Source: Octopus sinensis (Eukaryota). Taken from it: a DNA stretch of 64,000 nt. This document shows positions 25,149 through 38,699 of this stretch, piece after piece; positions within the stretch are counted from its first letter, which is position 1; the number at the start of each line of letters is the position of its first letter. The notes under the pieces are model-generated. The model did not search any database. It saw only the letters and a list, made by a program, of their open reading frames with translations, and had not been told where the DNA came from. The translations under genes were made by a program, and so were the position numbers. Where the stretch lies: assembly GCF_006345805.1 (NCBI RefSeq), contig NC_042998.1:178622001-178686000 (forward strand). The letters are read 5' to 3'.

Positions 25149-25937
25149 TATATATATATATATAATGTATGTATGTATGCACACACACACACACACAAAC
25201 ACACACATACACACACACTCACAAATACCTTATTTTATGCCACCTTTGAATGAAACCTTGTCATAATGAAGCTTAATCTTTCTTGATTGGTATAAAGATT
25301 TATTGATTGCTGTAGGGTCATTTTGAATATCTGTATATTTCCTTCAATAATTGAAAAAATAATATAGATAAGCATAAAATAATGTTTTAGCAACCTCTGA
25401 TAATGATCTTTTTTTAATAATGAATTAATAAAACAGAACTTGTTAATTTCATTGAGATATAGGTGTATAAATATGTATATATAGATTGCTATGGGAATAA
25501 CTATTATGTGGAAATAACTAAAAATGGGTGTGTCAAACAAAAATACCTTGTGGTATATAGTTCATCAATTTACATTCCCTCTGTGTATTTAACGAATTTA
25601 ACTATTTGATAAAGATCAATAAATAAAAACTAGACAAATAACTGGGGTTAGCCTAATTGACTAAATCCCTTGCAGGCAGCCTCAAGCAAAGTTGCAGTCC
25701 AATGACTAAATCCAATAAGAGTAAAAGAATATATATCCATGCAGGCAGACATATGGATGAATGGATAGGTGGACAGATGGATCGATGGAAAGCAGTGAGA
25801 ACTGGATAAGCAGACAAATAAATATAGAAAAAGAGAGAAAGAAAAATAGAAAAACCTGTTGAGAGATAGATTTGGAAAGTGATAAATTGAGAGGGATAGA
25901 CAGGCAAAAGTAGACTGAGAAAAAGAAAGGCAGACAG

Positions 25938-25940
<3 letters not shown>

Positions 25941-25972
<32 letters not shown>

Positions 25973-26118
25973 GGTATGGAGAGGGAGAGGGATGCATATG
26001 AGAGCAAAATTTGAAATAAATGGCTAAAAACACACATACAGAAAGAGTGAGATAGAGAGAGAGAAAGAGAGAGAGAGAAAAGAGTGAGAGAGAGAGAAAG
26101 AGAGAGAGAGAAAAGAGT

Positions 26119-26151
<33 letters not shown>

Positions 26152-26298
26152 AAAGAGTGAGAGAGAGAGAGAGAAAGGGAGAGAGAAAAGAGTGAGAGAG
26201 AGAGAGAGAAAGGGAGAGAGAAAAGTGAGAGAGAGAGAGAGAAAGGGAGAGAGAAAAGAGTGAGAGAGAGAGAGAAAAGAGTGAGAGAGAGAGAGAAA

Positions 26299-26329
<31 letters not shown>
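25941..26329. repeat. Long (GA)n-rich polypurine tract
   Basis: Purine-dominated plus strand, strongest at 26040-26329, with recurring gagagaaaagagtga variants. Confidence 0.9.
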
Positions 26330-26334
<5 letters not shown>

Positions 26335-26879
26335 GGATAGCTTATGTTAATATGGATTAGAAAATCAGTCCCATTCAAGACTTAGTGATTCAAAACAACA
26401 GTGGTCAGTCAGTGATAAAACACCAGTCTCGCCATGACATCACGTGAAAAATAGTCTGTTGATGAGTCATTCCATTCATTCTATGGAAAATAAGGCATAA
26501 AATTACCAAATGTTAAAGAAGAGATTGTTCAAAAAGAAAAAAATCACACAAGATTTTGAGAGGAAGCTAAACTCATTGATAAATAAATACCGATGTTTGT
26601 ATTCATTTGTTAGTTTGTATGTGGGTGTGTGTGTATTACTGTATGAGATAAATAGACTGTTTATGTATAATTATGTGGCATGTGTTTGTATGTAAAGCTG
26701 TTAGTGTGTATATAGAAGCAAAGTGGTTATGTGCATAATGTATTTGACTACTGGCTCATAGGTGATAAGTTCACAACTGTTGTTACTGACATTTTGTTGT
26801 GTCTCTGGGCAGAGTACTTAATATATTATGCATGTGTCTGTTTACTTAGTTGTGTAGGGAATAGATACCAGACATTTCT

Positions 26880-27111
26880 TATTTCTTTATTGCCCACAAG
26901 GGGCTAAACATAGAAGGGACAAACAAGGACAGACAAAGGGATTAAGCCGATTACATCAACCCCAGTGCATAACTGGTACTTAATTTATCGACCTCGAAAG
27001 GATGAAAGGTAAAGTCGACCCCGGCAGAATTTGAACTCAGAACATAATGGCAGATGAAATACCGCTAAGAATTTCACCTAGCGTGCTAATGTTTCTGCCA
27101 GCTCGCCACCT
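26880..27111 (-). mobile_element. SINE family A, long-tail variant, with 14-bp TSD
   Basis: TSD taccagacatttct at 26866-26879 and 27112-27125. Confidence 0.9.
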
Positions 27112-27596
27112 TACCAGACATTTCTAAGACTTCTTAACTATGGTAGACTAACATCTCATCCAAAAGTGCAATTACCTCACTTTAAGCACTGGCAGAATCC
27201 TTTGTATGTGAGACAAAATGCTTAATATATATTGGCCTGCTTGCTTAGCCAGTGGGGTGGCATCATTTGAAGGCTAAAACAGTGCAAAGCACATTGTGAC
27301 CAGCGATGTGTAGCAACATCTGATAGCCTGGTTTGTCACGGTGATCACGGTGATATATGTATGTATGTATGTATGTATTAGTGACAGAGACAGTATTAAT
27401 GTCAACTTTAGCCAGTCAAGTGTCCATCATTGATAAGGCCAAGGTTGAAATCACTTGTTCTGGTGATCTTGGCAAGCTTTTTCTCTCTGTTAGCAATATG
27501 AAAAAAGAGAGCATTTTGCACCATAAAGCCAATATGAGAGTTTCGCTCATGGTATCTACCACAGTATAGTTTGTTCTAACTATATCACATTTGTGG

Positions 27597-28050
27597 AGGC
27601 ATGTGGCTTAGTCATTAGGGTGTTGGACTCATAATTGTAAGATTGTGGTTTCAATTCCTGGATCAAGTAGTGCATTGTGTTCTTGAGCAAAACACTTCAT
27701 TTCATGTTGCTCCAGCCCACTCTGCTGGCAAAAATGAGTAATCCTGCAATGGACCGGCATCCAGTCCATGAAGGGAACTTATATGCCATGGAAACTGAGA
27801 AACTGGCCCTTATGAGCTGGCATGGTTCAATAAGGAAGAACAAAGTATCATCCATGGGAATAAACATTCTTAATGGCATTTCTTCTGGATCCTTACATTC
27901 TGAGTTCAAATCCCACTGAAATCAACTTTACCTTTGATCCTTTCAGGGCTGGTAAAATAAAGTACCAGTCAAGTACTGGAGTCAACGCAATTGACTGACC
28001 CCACCCTGCACTGCCAAAAATTGCTGAACTTGTGCCAAAATTTGAAACTA
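27597..28050 (+). mobile_element. SINE family C copy followed by 5'-truncated family A copy
   Basis: Family C head at 27597; family A body from about 27885. Confidence 0.65.
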
Positions 28051-28619
28051 CTATTTTAGCTCCTGAGATACATTAAGACATTATTGATTATCGACATAGG
28101 CCAAATACTCAAATTTTGTTGATGCATATAATTAGTTAAGATCAATCCAGGATATTACTGGCACTTATTTAATTACATCCTGAAAGTTGAAAAACCAAGC
28201 TGACCATGTTGGGATTTGATCTCCAAATATAAAAGTACACAGCTAAACATTGCAAAACATTTTGTATGACGTTCTTCCAATTCTGCTAATTCACCACCAT
28301 CCATCAAAATATGTATTGTCATCACTATTCTTGTTATTGCATAGTTGTTGCTAGTGGTGGTGTTGGTGTCATAATTGGTGTTATCATTATCATCATCATA
28401 ATCTTAATCATCATCATCATCACCATCTTCATCATCATTTTGATATCAGTTTCCAACATTAACTTCAGTTGGGTGTAGCTTTCAGTATGGTATCTCTCCA
28501 GAGTCAATGAAATAAGTACCAGTTGAGTACGGTGTGGGGGGGGGGCAGCAATGTAATTGACTTAAGCCTTTCCTCCGAAATTACTGGCCTTGTGCCTAAA
28601 TGTAAAACCAATACAGTAT

Positions 28620-29215
28620 CTCTCCATGAATTTTGAGGCTTAATATTCCCTCAAAGCTGACATCTTTCTCACAAGTTTCCTTTTAATAGTCTAATTCTTG
28701 GTCGAATTCTACTATGGCTTCTCCTTGTCATCAATAAGAAACATTTTCTCTCATCATGTCCATATCAATACAGATGTCTCTCTGCATACATCAACCAACA
28801 TTCACCTCTCAGTTCTAATCAACACCATCATCATCATCATATGACATCCCCTTTCTCTGCTTGCATGAGTTGAATCTGCTGTTACTACTCTCGAAGATGA
28901 ATCAGAGATCCACATCTTATTCATACGATTCATTTTAGACTTAATTCCTCATGCCTTAATTAGACTTAATTTCCTAATGACAATCACTTTATAGAATGTA
29001 CTGGATGCAACTTTTCATGGCACCAGCACTAAAGAGGTTGTCCTGACTTTCAAAAGACTAAAGAGTCCCCTCAATCCTTCTTTTAATAAAGTATACTGGG
29101 TGCATTCTTTTGTTGCACCAACATATGAGAAGAAAAGGATGAGAGACTCACAGTTAGAAGGAGTTCTTCTGTCCAAGTTCTGTAGCTTGGCATTTGTCCA
29201 TTTCAGAAAGGAAGC
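28620..29215 (-). mobile_element. R4/Dong-like LINE remnant
   Basis: KWTNAKLQNLDRRT and KEGLRGLFSL resemble WTxxELxxLDRKTR and KEGGRGL motifs downstream of RT in this group. Confidence 0.5.
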
Positions 29216-29220
29216 AAGCA

Positions 29221-29452
29221 AGGCGGCAAGCTGGCAGAAACATTAGCACACCAGGCGAAATGCTTAACAGTATTTCGTCTGTCTTTACGTTCTGAGTTCA
29301 AATTCCGCCAAGGTCGACTTTGCCTTTCAGTCTTTCAAGGTCAATAAATTAAGTACCAGTTACACACTGGGGTCGATGTTATCAACTTAATCTGTTTGTC
29401 TGTCCTTGTTTTTCCCGTCTGTGTGTAGCCCCTTGTGGGCAGTAAAGAAATA
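29221..29452 (+). mobile_element. SINE family A, long-tail variant, with 16-bp TSD
   Basis: TSD agaaagg(a/g)agcaagca at 29205-29220 and 29453-29468. Confidence 0.9.
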
Positions 29453-29559
29453 AGAAAGGGAGCAAGCAGAGTATCTTAATACTGGCATAGCTCAGGTATT
29501 TATTGCTGAAATGATCTTCTCTTGGTAATAATAATAATAATAATAATGATGGACTCTCT

Positions 29560-30090
29560 TGTCGAAGATGACATATGAGTGTTCAGTTTTTGCTGGACAG
29601 CCCACTCAAATGATTTATTTCTAGTAATCAAATGTATGTGCTGTACATTAACTCTCACTCCCTCCATCAAATTAACATTACCTGAACAGGTACATGGTGT
29701 ACTACATGTCAGATGTTGATGTCATCACAGAGCAATGTGAAATAAAGTGTTCTGCTGAAGAACAACACATCACCTGGTCTAGGAATTGAAACCATGATCT
29801 CGTGATCATGAGTGCAACACCCTACTACTAGGCTATAATACATCCCCATAATAATAATAGTAATAATGATAATTGTTACAAATTTTGGCACAAGGCCAGA
29901 AATTTTAAGGGTGAGTGGGTACTCAATTACATTAACCCCAGTACTTTACTGTACTTCATTTTAACAACTCCAAAAGCAGGATGAAAATAAAGTTGACTTT
30001 GGCGGGATTTGAATTGAATATGCAAAGAGCCAGAAGAAGCACCACTAAGCATTTTATCTACTGTACGAAGTTTTCCAACTCACTGCCTTC
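29560..30090 (-). mobile_element. SINE family C (about 29560-29835) and family A (about 29880-30090) copies
   Basis: Homology to other copies in the window. Confidence 0.7.
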
Positions 30091-30133
<43 letters not shown>

Positions 30134-30395
30134 CAACCACAACAATAACGAACAGAAGTGAACTAAAAACCTAAATTACACTGACCTTGTTGTTGAATTA
30201 TAATTATGATAACAATTAAATAATTTGTCTGTCATCCCATTTATAATTGGTCATTGATAAATTGCTTATAACGATAGACAGACATAATCACATTCCTGAA
30301 AGTAGCAATACGATGATCTGTAGATAATGTTAAGACATTCTGGCAAAACATTTCCTTGGAGAAAGAAAACTCTTGATATATTTCTCAAAGCATGA

Positions 30396-30448
<53 letters not shown>

Positions 30449-30461
30449 TAATAATAATAAT

Positions 30462-31030
30462 GTCCTGATGCTGTACCAGGCAGTGGCTCTCATGGCTTCT
30501 GATCTTAACTGATTGGAAGTGTTATCATGTATATTGGTTTGTCTTGGTATAAAAGATGGGCTACAGCAAATATTCTGCTCAATACCACAGATTTGCTTGT
30601 CAGATGTTTGACCTTAACCAGCTGAGCATGTCCCTTAGTGGCTGACGATATGTGCATCTCTGATCACGAGCAGAAGTAGTGGGGGAGCATCATAGCCATG
30701 TGTTGAAAGGAATTCTTTGGGGTTTGAATAATTCACCCCTGGAAACTTGGGTGTTTCGTTCAACATCCTTAAACAACCCTTATTCAGGGACCTTTTGAGC
30801 AGAATGGGTTACTCAACCAGAAGAAAATTCTAACTGGGCCCCACCTGCAAGATCATGTGCTGTTTATCTTCATATGAGATCACCATATTGCGCACATATG
30901 GTTGTGATGCATATGCCTAGTGTACCCTTATCAGACGGGTAGTCATGATGAGTATACTGGGCTTCGTATATTTTACCCCAGTGTCACTTTGATGGCATGC
31001 ACTGCTCTCTCACTCAATAATAATAATAAT
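30462..31030 (+). mobile_element. Unclassified ~560-bp non-coding element embedded in (AAT)n
   Basis: Higher-GC block bounded by (AAT)n on both sides, ending ctctctcactc(aat)n; no ORF and no second copy seen. Confidence 0.4.
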
Positions 31031-31049
31031 AATGATCCTTCGTGTGGTA

Positions 31050-31530
31050 TGCACAAGACCTGAAATTTGGTGGGAGAAGGCTAGTCAATTACATTGACCT
31101 GAGTGTTCAACTGATATTTATTCTATCCACCCTGAAAGGATGAAAAGTCAACCTCAGCAGAATTTGAACTCAGAACATAAAGATGGATGAAATGCTGCTA
31201 TGCATCTTGCCTGGCATGCTAACAATTCTGCCTACTTGCCACCTTAATGATGGACTCTCCCATATGAGTGTTCAGCTTTTGCTAAACGACCTGCACAAAT
31301 GATTTGTTTATAGTGATCAAATGTATGCTCTGTACATTAGCTCACTCCCTTAATCAAATCAACGTTGCCTGAACAGGTGCAGAGTGTACCATGTGTCAGG
31401 TGCCAAAGTGATTACAAAGCAACATGAGATGAAGTGTTTTTCTCAAGAACACAATGCACCACCCAGTCTAGGAACTGAAACCACGATCTTGTGATCATGA
31501 GTGCAACATCCTAACCTCTAGGCCAAGTGA
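31050..31530 (-). mobile_element. SINE family A (about 31050-31245) and family C (about 31250-31530) copies
   Basis: Homology to other copies. Confidence 0.7.
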
Positions 31531-31536
31531 CCTCAG

Positions 31537-31824
31537 AGATATGATAGGTTAACTTGGGAAGTTAAGCAGTTGTGGTCGATGAAAAAGGTAGCAGTAGTAC
31601 CAATAATTGTCATAGCCCTGGGAACAGTGAGCAAAAATCTCGAGAAGTACGTGGAACAAATAGGGGCTGCAATAAGGGTGGAGCACTGACAGAAAACAGC
31701 ACTGCTTGGAACCACTTGAAGGCGCTTGAAAAATAAGACGTGTTACCTTAGGTCATTGGTAGTGACCAGCTGACACTGTAGTACATCTCCAGTGTTAGAA
31801 GCTGTGTAAAGGCAATAAATGATG

Positions 31825-31830
<6 letters not shown>
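31537..31830 (+). mobile_element. R4/Dong-like LINE 3' end (restriction-like endonuclease C-terminus)
   Basis: RYDRLTWEVKQLWSMKKVAVVPIIVIALGTVSKNLEKYVEQIG...QKTALLGT, followed by short 3' UTR and (GAT)n. Confidence 0.7.
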
Positions 31831-31856
<26 letters not shown>

Positions 31857-32289
31857 GGTGGTAGTGGTGGTGGTGATGGTGAAGATGGTGATGATGATGA
31901 TGGTGTAGTTGAAATATGTCACAAACATTTTAACTAACCTAAATTTTGCTCATGCCTAAACACTGCTTAGAGAAAAATTTTGTTTGAGATATATATATAT
32001 ATATGTACGCACACACACATATACACATACATAAAAAGAGAGGGGGCAAGAGGGAGGAGAGAGAGAGAGAGAAAGATGGAGAAGAAAATTATTTAAGAAA
32101 AGTTACACATGTGATTTAGTTGCAGACACCTTTGTGGAATGAATCCCAGGTGTGGATAATAGAGAAAATTTGACTCAAGTGATCATGTTGCAAGACTCTC
32201 AATAAACAAACCTATTAATGAAACCTATACTTATGCTACAAATACCAACCAAATTTCTCTCATATACCAACTCTCTTAGAAAATAGATA

Positions 32290-32496
32290 TGAGGGGTGCT
32301 GAAAAGTTCCTGGTATCACTAAAGGCACAGTTGGAAACCCAACCTTCCGACTTCTTTTGCAGAGCTTAGAAAAACTGAAGGACTTCTGCATTAAGTGTAT
32401 AACTCTGAGAGGGGAATATGCTGAATAAAATCATAATTAGCTGATCTTCCTGTATTTTCTTTAGTCCAAAGCCAGCAACTTTTCAGCACCTCCTTG
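32290..32496. mobile_element. Mariner-derived MITE
   Basis: TA on both sides; TIRs TGAGGGGTGCTGAAAAGTT / AACTTTTCAGCACCTCCTTG. Confidence 0.8.
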
Positions 32497-32937
32497 TACA
32501 TTGCATAATATAGTCTTAAGTATGCTATGCCAATAAAAAGAAAATTACACAAGCATTAGTGGAACACTCTTGATCAATGTTGGCCTAGGGCAAAAATAGA
32601 CTGCTTGGTGTTGAACTGGCATCAGACAATCAGCTGGGGCCACTTGCTAGTTAACAGGCATTGTCCATTAGAGAAGTTTTAAATTACCTAGAGGTTCTTA
32701 GAATAAGGTTGTGTAGTTATATAAAGACGTTATTCTGTTAAACTCCAATGTCTATTATGCATTATCTTACCACTTCTCAATTTGAACTCTTAGTCAATGA
32801 AAGAAATATTGTTCTTGCTCTCACTCCCTCTCTCTATTTTACTTTCATACTCTCATTCTTACATAACATTTCTGTCTCTTTAAACTTAATTTGAGCATAT
32901 CTTTTTTTTTGCAATTTTATTCATTTTATCATGTACA

Positions 32938-33270
32938 CATCATCATCATCCTCATCGTTTAGCATCCGCTTTCCATGCTGGCGTGGGTTGGACCATTCAA
33001 CTGGGGTCTGGGAAGCCAGAAGGCTGCACCAGGCCCAGTCTGATCTGGCAATGTTGCTACGGCTGGATGCCCTTCCTAACGCCAACCACTTCGTGAGTGT
33101 AGTCGGTGCTTTTTACGTGCCACCGGCAGAGGAGGCTGGCAAACGGCTACGATCGGATGGTGCTTTTTACTTGCCACCGGCACGGAGGCCAGGCGAGCTG
33201 GCAATGGCCACGATCAGATGGTGCTTTTTACGTGCCACCAGCACGGAGGCCAGTCGGGGCAGCACTGGCA
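32938..33270 (-). mobile_element. RTE 3' UTR fragment with three repeat units
   Basis: tgctttttac anchors at 33107, 33161, 33222. Confidence 0.85.
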
Positions 33271-33299
33271 GCCGTATTAAAAGTAAACCTTTGTACTAT

Positions 33300-33710
33300 A
33301 GGCACAAGGCCTGAAATTTTGAGGGAGGGGGATAGTCAATTGTATTGACCCCCAGCATTCAACTGGTATTTATTTCATCAACCCTGAGATGAGATGAAAG
33401 ACAAATTTGACCTAAGCAGAATTTAAACACAGAACATAAAAGCAGATGAAATATCACTAAACATTTTGCCCAGTGTACTAACGATTCTGCCAGCTTGCTG
33501 CCTTATACACAGAAATAATCCTTTCTATTTGAGGCACAAGGCCAGAAATTTTGAAAGAGGCTAGTCAACAATCCCAGTGCTCAAATGGTACTTATTTCAT
33601 TAACCCCGAAAGGATGAAAGACAAAGCTAACCTCAGCAGGATTTGAACTCAGAATGTAAAGACGGACAAAATGCCACTAAGTATTTTGCCCAGCATGCTA
33701 ATGATTCTTC
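33300..33710 (-). mobile_element. Two consecutive SINE family A copies
   Basis: ggcacaagg tails near 33301 and 33533. Confidence 0.8.
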
Positions 33711-35519
33711 CAAAAAACCAAAACTTTAGGCGTAATTACACAAGTGTACCTCCAACACTTTCTGAAAAATTGATGTCTTTTAATGAAATATGCTATAAAT
33801 ACATTTCAAATGAGGTGGATTATAATTATACCAGAATTTGTTAAGAAAAGGCTTTTTCATAGGTGGGATGAGGGGAATTTTGGATAATTCACATGCATCA
33901 ACTTTGTTTCCTCATATGTTTTAATGATGTAGACTACAATTATGTTGAAAACAAAATATTTAAAAAATTTTTGAGGACTATTCCACACTTTCCCTTCAGG
34001 AATATGTTAAATGAATGTTTAAAAAAATTTTTTCCAGGTCCATTGCTTGCCAAATGGCCATAACAACAAATTCACCTCAGATTTTTTTATTTTTTCAAAT
34101 TATGCTGGCATCTTTTAAAATTTCCTTTTTATTTAAAAAAAGTATTCATTTAAATTCCTAAAAGGAAAGGGTGGAATGGTCCTCAAAATTTTTATTTTCC
34201 ACAATAACTGTAATTTGTATCAAAGCATGTGAGGAAACAAGGTCAAAGTGCATAAAATATCTGCCCCACCTCCTTTTTTTTTCACATAAAATTATGATAT
34301 AGTTATGAATTATACAATCAGGAAATCTCATTAAGATATGTACATATTTTTCTGAGTTCTGGGGAAACAAAGTTAAGATATGTGAATTATCCGAAACTCC
34401 CCTTGCCACCAGCCCTCCTCCCAAAACATTTTTCATAACAAATTCTGATCATAATCATAATCTATGCCATCTGAAATGTATTTGGAGAAAACTTTATTAG
34501 CAATATCTGCTTTTCAGAAACTTTAGAGGAAATAAATTCGGGATGGGGTGTGGGTGGCCACAATTGTGTAGGCATGGCAAAATTTGGGTTATAGCTACAA
34601 TTTATTAAAAGCTGCTCCTGACCTTATTTCTTTGTAACCTTTTTCAGAAATTTTGAAAAGATTTTTGAAGCTGTAGATTATGATTGTGCTGAAAATTTTT
34701 AAAACTAATTTTCTTAGTTTTTATATTTTGATTCAGAAATAAAAGGAGTCAATACCTTTTTAATCATTCTATTACTTACCTATAATGATTGCTCAGCATA
34801 AATTTCGATATTATTCATTACCAAAATGAAATTGGAAGGCATTTCCTTGCTTATGATAAGTTGAATAGGCATTAATGAACTTGACAAAAACAATACAGAC
34901 TTGGAGTAGTCTAGAGATATCTTTAGACTTACTCATTTCCTTTATCTGGTACCATTATTGCGTGCTACTATTATGACTAAGTTATTTGAAAAGTTAAAAG
35001 TTATGAATTTCTTTTCTTTCTGAATAAAAAAGAAAAATTTTTTACTAAAAAACTATTTCTTAGACATAATTGTAATCTTTTTCTTTGATAATTTTCATTT
35101 GAAAAAAATTTACATTATTGAGTTATTTATGATGGTGTGGGGCATGCCAAGTTTAGCTTTACATCAGTGATATACTTTCTTATCAAAATTATCATATACT
35201 TTGCATGTTACATGGCTGATACAAATGTTCTAAATGGAAATAAGATATTAAGAAAGAAATTTGAAAGCCATGTTAGGGGAAATAAATACATATCAAAAAA
35301 TATTTTTTTTTAAATATGGAATAGTTAAGTTAAGTTAAGGAATAATTCTTGATGGATATGTAAACCAGACAGTGTACAAGTAAGAACAGAATCATAATAT
35401 ATATGATTTTATATAAGTTTTTGCTATATTGTTCCAGAGTTGATTTTATCTTGTGTTTTCTAGTTTACTAATTAATGTATTAATATATTTGTAACTTTGT
35501 GGGTTAATGGGTAATCGTA

Positions 35520-35680
35520 TATTTGCTTAAGCTGCATGATGTTCCCATATAAAACCAAGCTACCATCTTAACTTTTCTATCAATCTGTTCTTCCTTGTGT
35601 TGACTACCGTTTCCATGTTGAAAGTCATTAATGACTGCTCGGGGTGTTTGTATGCCAATGTTGCTGGACTGTGTTATTGA
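35520..35680 (-). mobile_element. Possible MULE transposase remnant
   Basis: PRAVINDF...KVKMVAWFYMG loosely resembles PxxIxTDFE...GCxFH. Confidence 0.3.
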
Positions 35681-35790
35681 ACAGTTTACAGAAAAATTTG
35701 TGTAGCAGTTTCACAAACCCACACAAGCATTTGAACATAATTTGTTGTGCTGCATTAGTATGAAAAGATGTTCATGCATTACAATATACA

Positions 35791-37101
35791 CTGGGTCATC
35801 CCATAAATAATGCGGTTTTTCAATTGCATGAATTAAAAATCGGAGGGGAATTGGATAAACTACCTGCTATAAAAGTTGGTTGTAATTTTACCTTGGACTT
35901 ATTCTTAGTGCAAGTTTTGAAGAGTGCAGTTCGATTTTAACAGTTATTTTTTCAAAGCTATAATGGAAGTGATAAATGAGCATATTAGGCATATTTTGCT
36001 TTATGTGCTCAATAAAGGCAACAACGCAACGGAAAGTGTGAGGAATATTAATGCAGTGTGTGGGGATCAGACAATTAGCGTAAGCCAGTGTCAAAGGTGG
36101 TTCCAGAAATTCCAAGCCAGAAACTACAGCCTAGAAAACCAGAAGATCTGTAGAAGCCTAGAAGATCTGTAGAAGACCAGAAGATCTGTAGAAGCCTAGA
36201 AGCCTACAGATCTAGAAGCTTAAAAGATCTGTAGAGCTTGACGAGGATGTCCTGGTAGAACAAAATCCCATTGTAACTGTTGAGGAATGAGCAGAGAAGC
36301 TTGGATTTGGTCATTCAACCATTCATCAACACCTTCATGCCATAGGAAAAGTCAGCAAGTTGGGTCATTGGGTCCCTCACAAACTTTCCAAGTCTAATCA
36401 CATACAAAATGAATGCATGCTCTTCTTTGCTGTCATGTTTCATGAATAAGCCTCTTTTGGACCAATTAGGGACTGGTGATAAGATATGGGTTCTCTATCA
36501 AAATGTCAAGCACCAAACACTGGATAAGAAAAGAAGAAACACTGGCACTCCAGGCTAAAGAAGGTCTTCACCCATGTAAGGTGTTGTTATATGTTTGGTG
36601 GGATATAAAAGGTTTAGTCCACTTTGAACTTTTAAACCCAAACCAAATGATAACAAAGGAGATCTACTGTGAGTAGCTTGAGCAGCTTAAGTCAGCACTA
36701 GAAGAAAAATGACCATCTTTGGTTTCAAGACAAAAGGTGTTCTTCCATCAGGATAATGCTAGACCACATACAGTGAGGATGACATTCCAAAAGCTGAAAC
36801 AGTTTGAATGGAAAATGATGCCCCACCCACCATATTCGCCAGACATTGTCACATCTGATTATTATTTATTCTGCAGTCTTCAAAATCATTTGGCTGGAAA
36901 AAAATAAGAAATCTGTAGACAAGGTCAGAACAGTACTGGAGGAGTACTTTTTACCACGGACAAGTGAATTTAGGAAGAAAGGCCAGATAGATGGAAGGGC
37001 ATTGTAGAAAATGAAAGAGAGTATATTTTAGATTAAAAAAGAACTTTATTTATCTTAAAATAAAAGACGTATAAAAATACATTATTTATGGGATGACCCA
37101 A
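35791..37101 (+). mobile_element. Full-length (1311 bp) but inactivated mariner transposon
   Basis: TIRs (C/T)TGGGTCATCCCATAAATAATG at both ends, TA at 37102-37103; WVPHKL, TGDKIWV, FHQDNARPH, HPPYSPDIVTSDYYLF; stops and frameshifts present. Confidence 0.92.
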
Positions 37102-38699
37102 TATAAAAGTAGTAAGATGGAAATAGCATAATGTGACACAACTGAAAATCTCTGTTTAAAGTTTAACACTTGGGCTGGTTTTAACTTATGAAGGTGCCAT
37201 GTCATGTCTGCTTCTTCAATATCCTTGACTGAACATGCAGCCATTAAAACAACTATAGAGAAGGTGCAATTCCGAGCTCAACCCCAAACACTCTAAAACT
37301 GGTATGGGTGGGGAACATCATAACAACTTGGACAGTATTTTGCTAAATTGGCACCTTTCATGACTATATTTATAGGCTTTGTTCATGGAAAGTTCTAAAC
37401 AGGCTAAATAACTATTGGACAAGATGTCAGTTGCCCACAAGATCAAACCAGGATTGTATTGTGGTCTTAAATTCATATGTGGCAAAATGTGAATTCCAAT
37501 CCATGTTACATATTCCTATTTGAATATGAATATTTGTTGATTATATACTTGCATTTATCAAATTTATTAACATTTTTATATTCCATAAGTAAATATGTTT
37601 GTTATTTATCAAGTCTTTGTTTTTAAATTACTTTTCTTTGTCTAGTAAAACTTTGCCAATCCCAGTCAACCTCAAGGAGGCTCTACAGCGATGAATTTAA
37701 CTAGTTGCAGATCCTATAGCATAAGTTTGTAAAGTGAGACCCAAGTTAAAAATTAAAAAATGAGAAAAAAACTCTTTATTAAACTATAATTATTTTATGG
37801 AACCAACGGCCTTTTTGAAAGACTAGTGGAAAGAAGTGAACTGTTATTGAAGTAATGAACTGTTACTGAAGTCAACTACATGATAGGGTTCCACTATTTA
37901 TACTATGCAAAGGCTGATATTTTTCTGCATACCATGTTAGAAGCACTTAGATGATTAATTCTGGAAGACAATGGCTTAAACTCAAAATATTGTGTGGGGA
38001 ATGTAAGGATTAAACCGAAAGCACTAAACTTAAATACTTTTATGTTCTTAAATTCTCTTATATTCAACATTTGCTACTTAAACATCTAAATTGTTCAAGA
38101 TATATATTCATTCTTGTCACACAATCTGTTGTGACATTGAACAGTTGCAAGAATCAAATTGTCTTTTTCTTTTCCTTTTAAAACATTCCAGTTTTTAAAA
38201 CACGAGTGTAACTATATCCAATTTCATTGCAGTTGGTAACCAACCTGATAGAATATACTATAATGCATCTTGACAGGAAGTAGCAACAATGATTTCAAAG
38301 CATTTAATGGTACTTTAAAGACTTAGTCTATCTGGTGTTTATCAAGTCCTTCCAAAGAAATTCGAGTCATGAAGTCATGATTTTCTTTTCACTGGTTTGA
38401 CCAACTCTTGACAACACCTGCTCGCACTGATTTTGGGCCTGACTTATCTATGACATAGCAGCAATCATTGACTGAACATTCATCAGTTGACCCAGCACTT
38501 GATTACACCAGATTTTTCAACAGCAACCTGTTGAAAAATCTAGTACAAGCATCACAACTATCAGCAAAGGAAAGCATTTCTGTGGAATGAGAGTTTGATA
38601 TATATCCTGTTGAGTTTGATCTTCCCGATAGAGTTATATCTTCAGTTGAATCTGTGTCAGTTCAACTACGTATTTAATATGAGTATAAGGATGACTAAC

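Noticed and set aside
25648-26378. 241-aa and 129-aa S/L/F-rich ORFs
   Set aside because: Read-through of the (TC)n strand of the GA tract.
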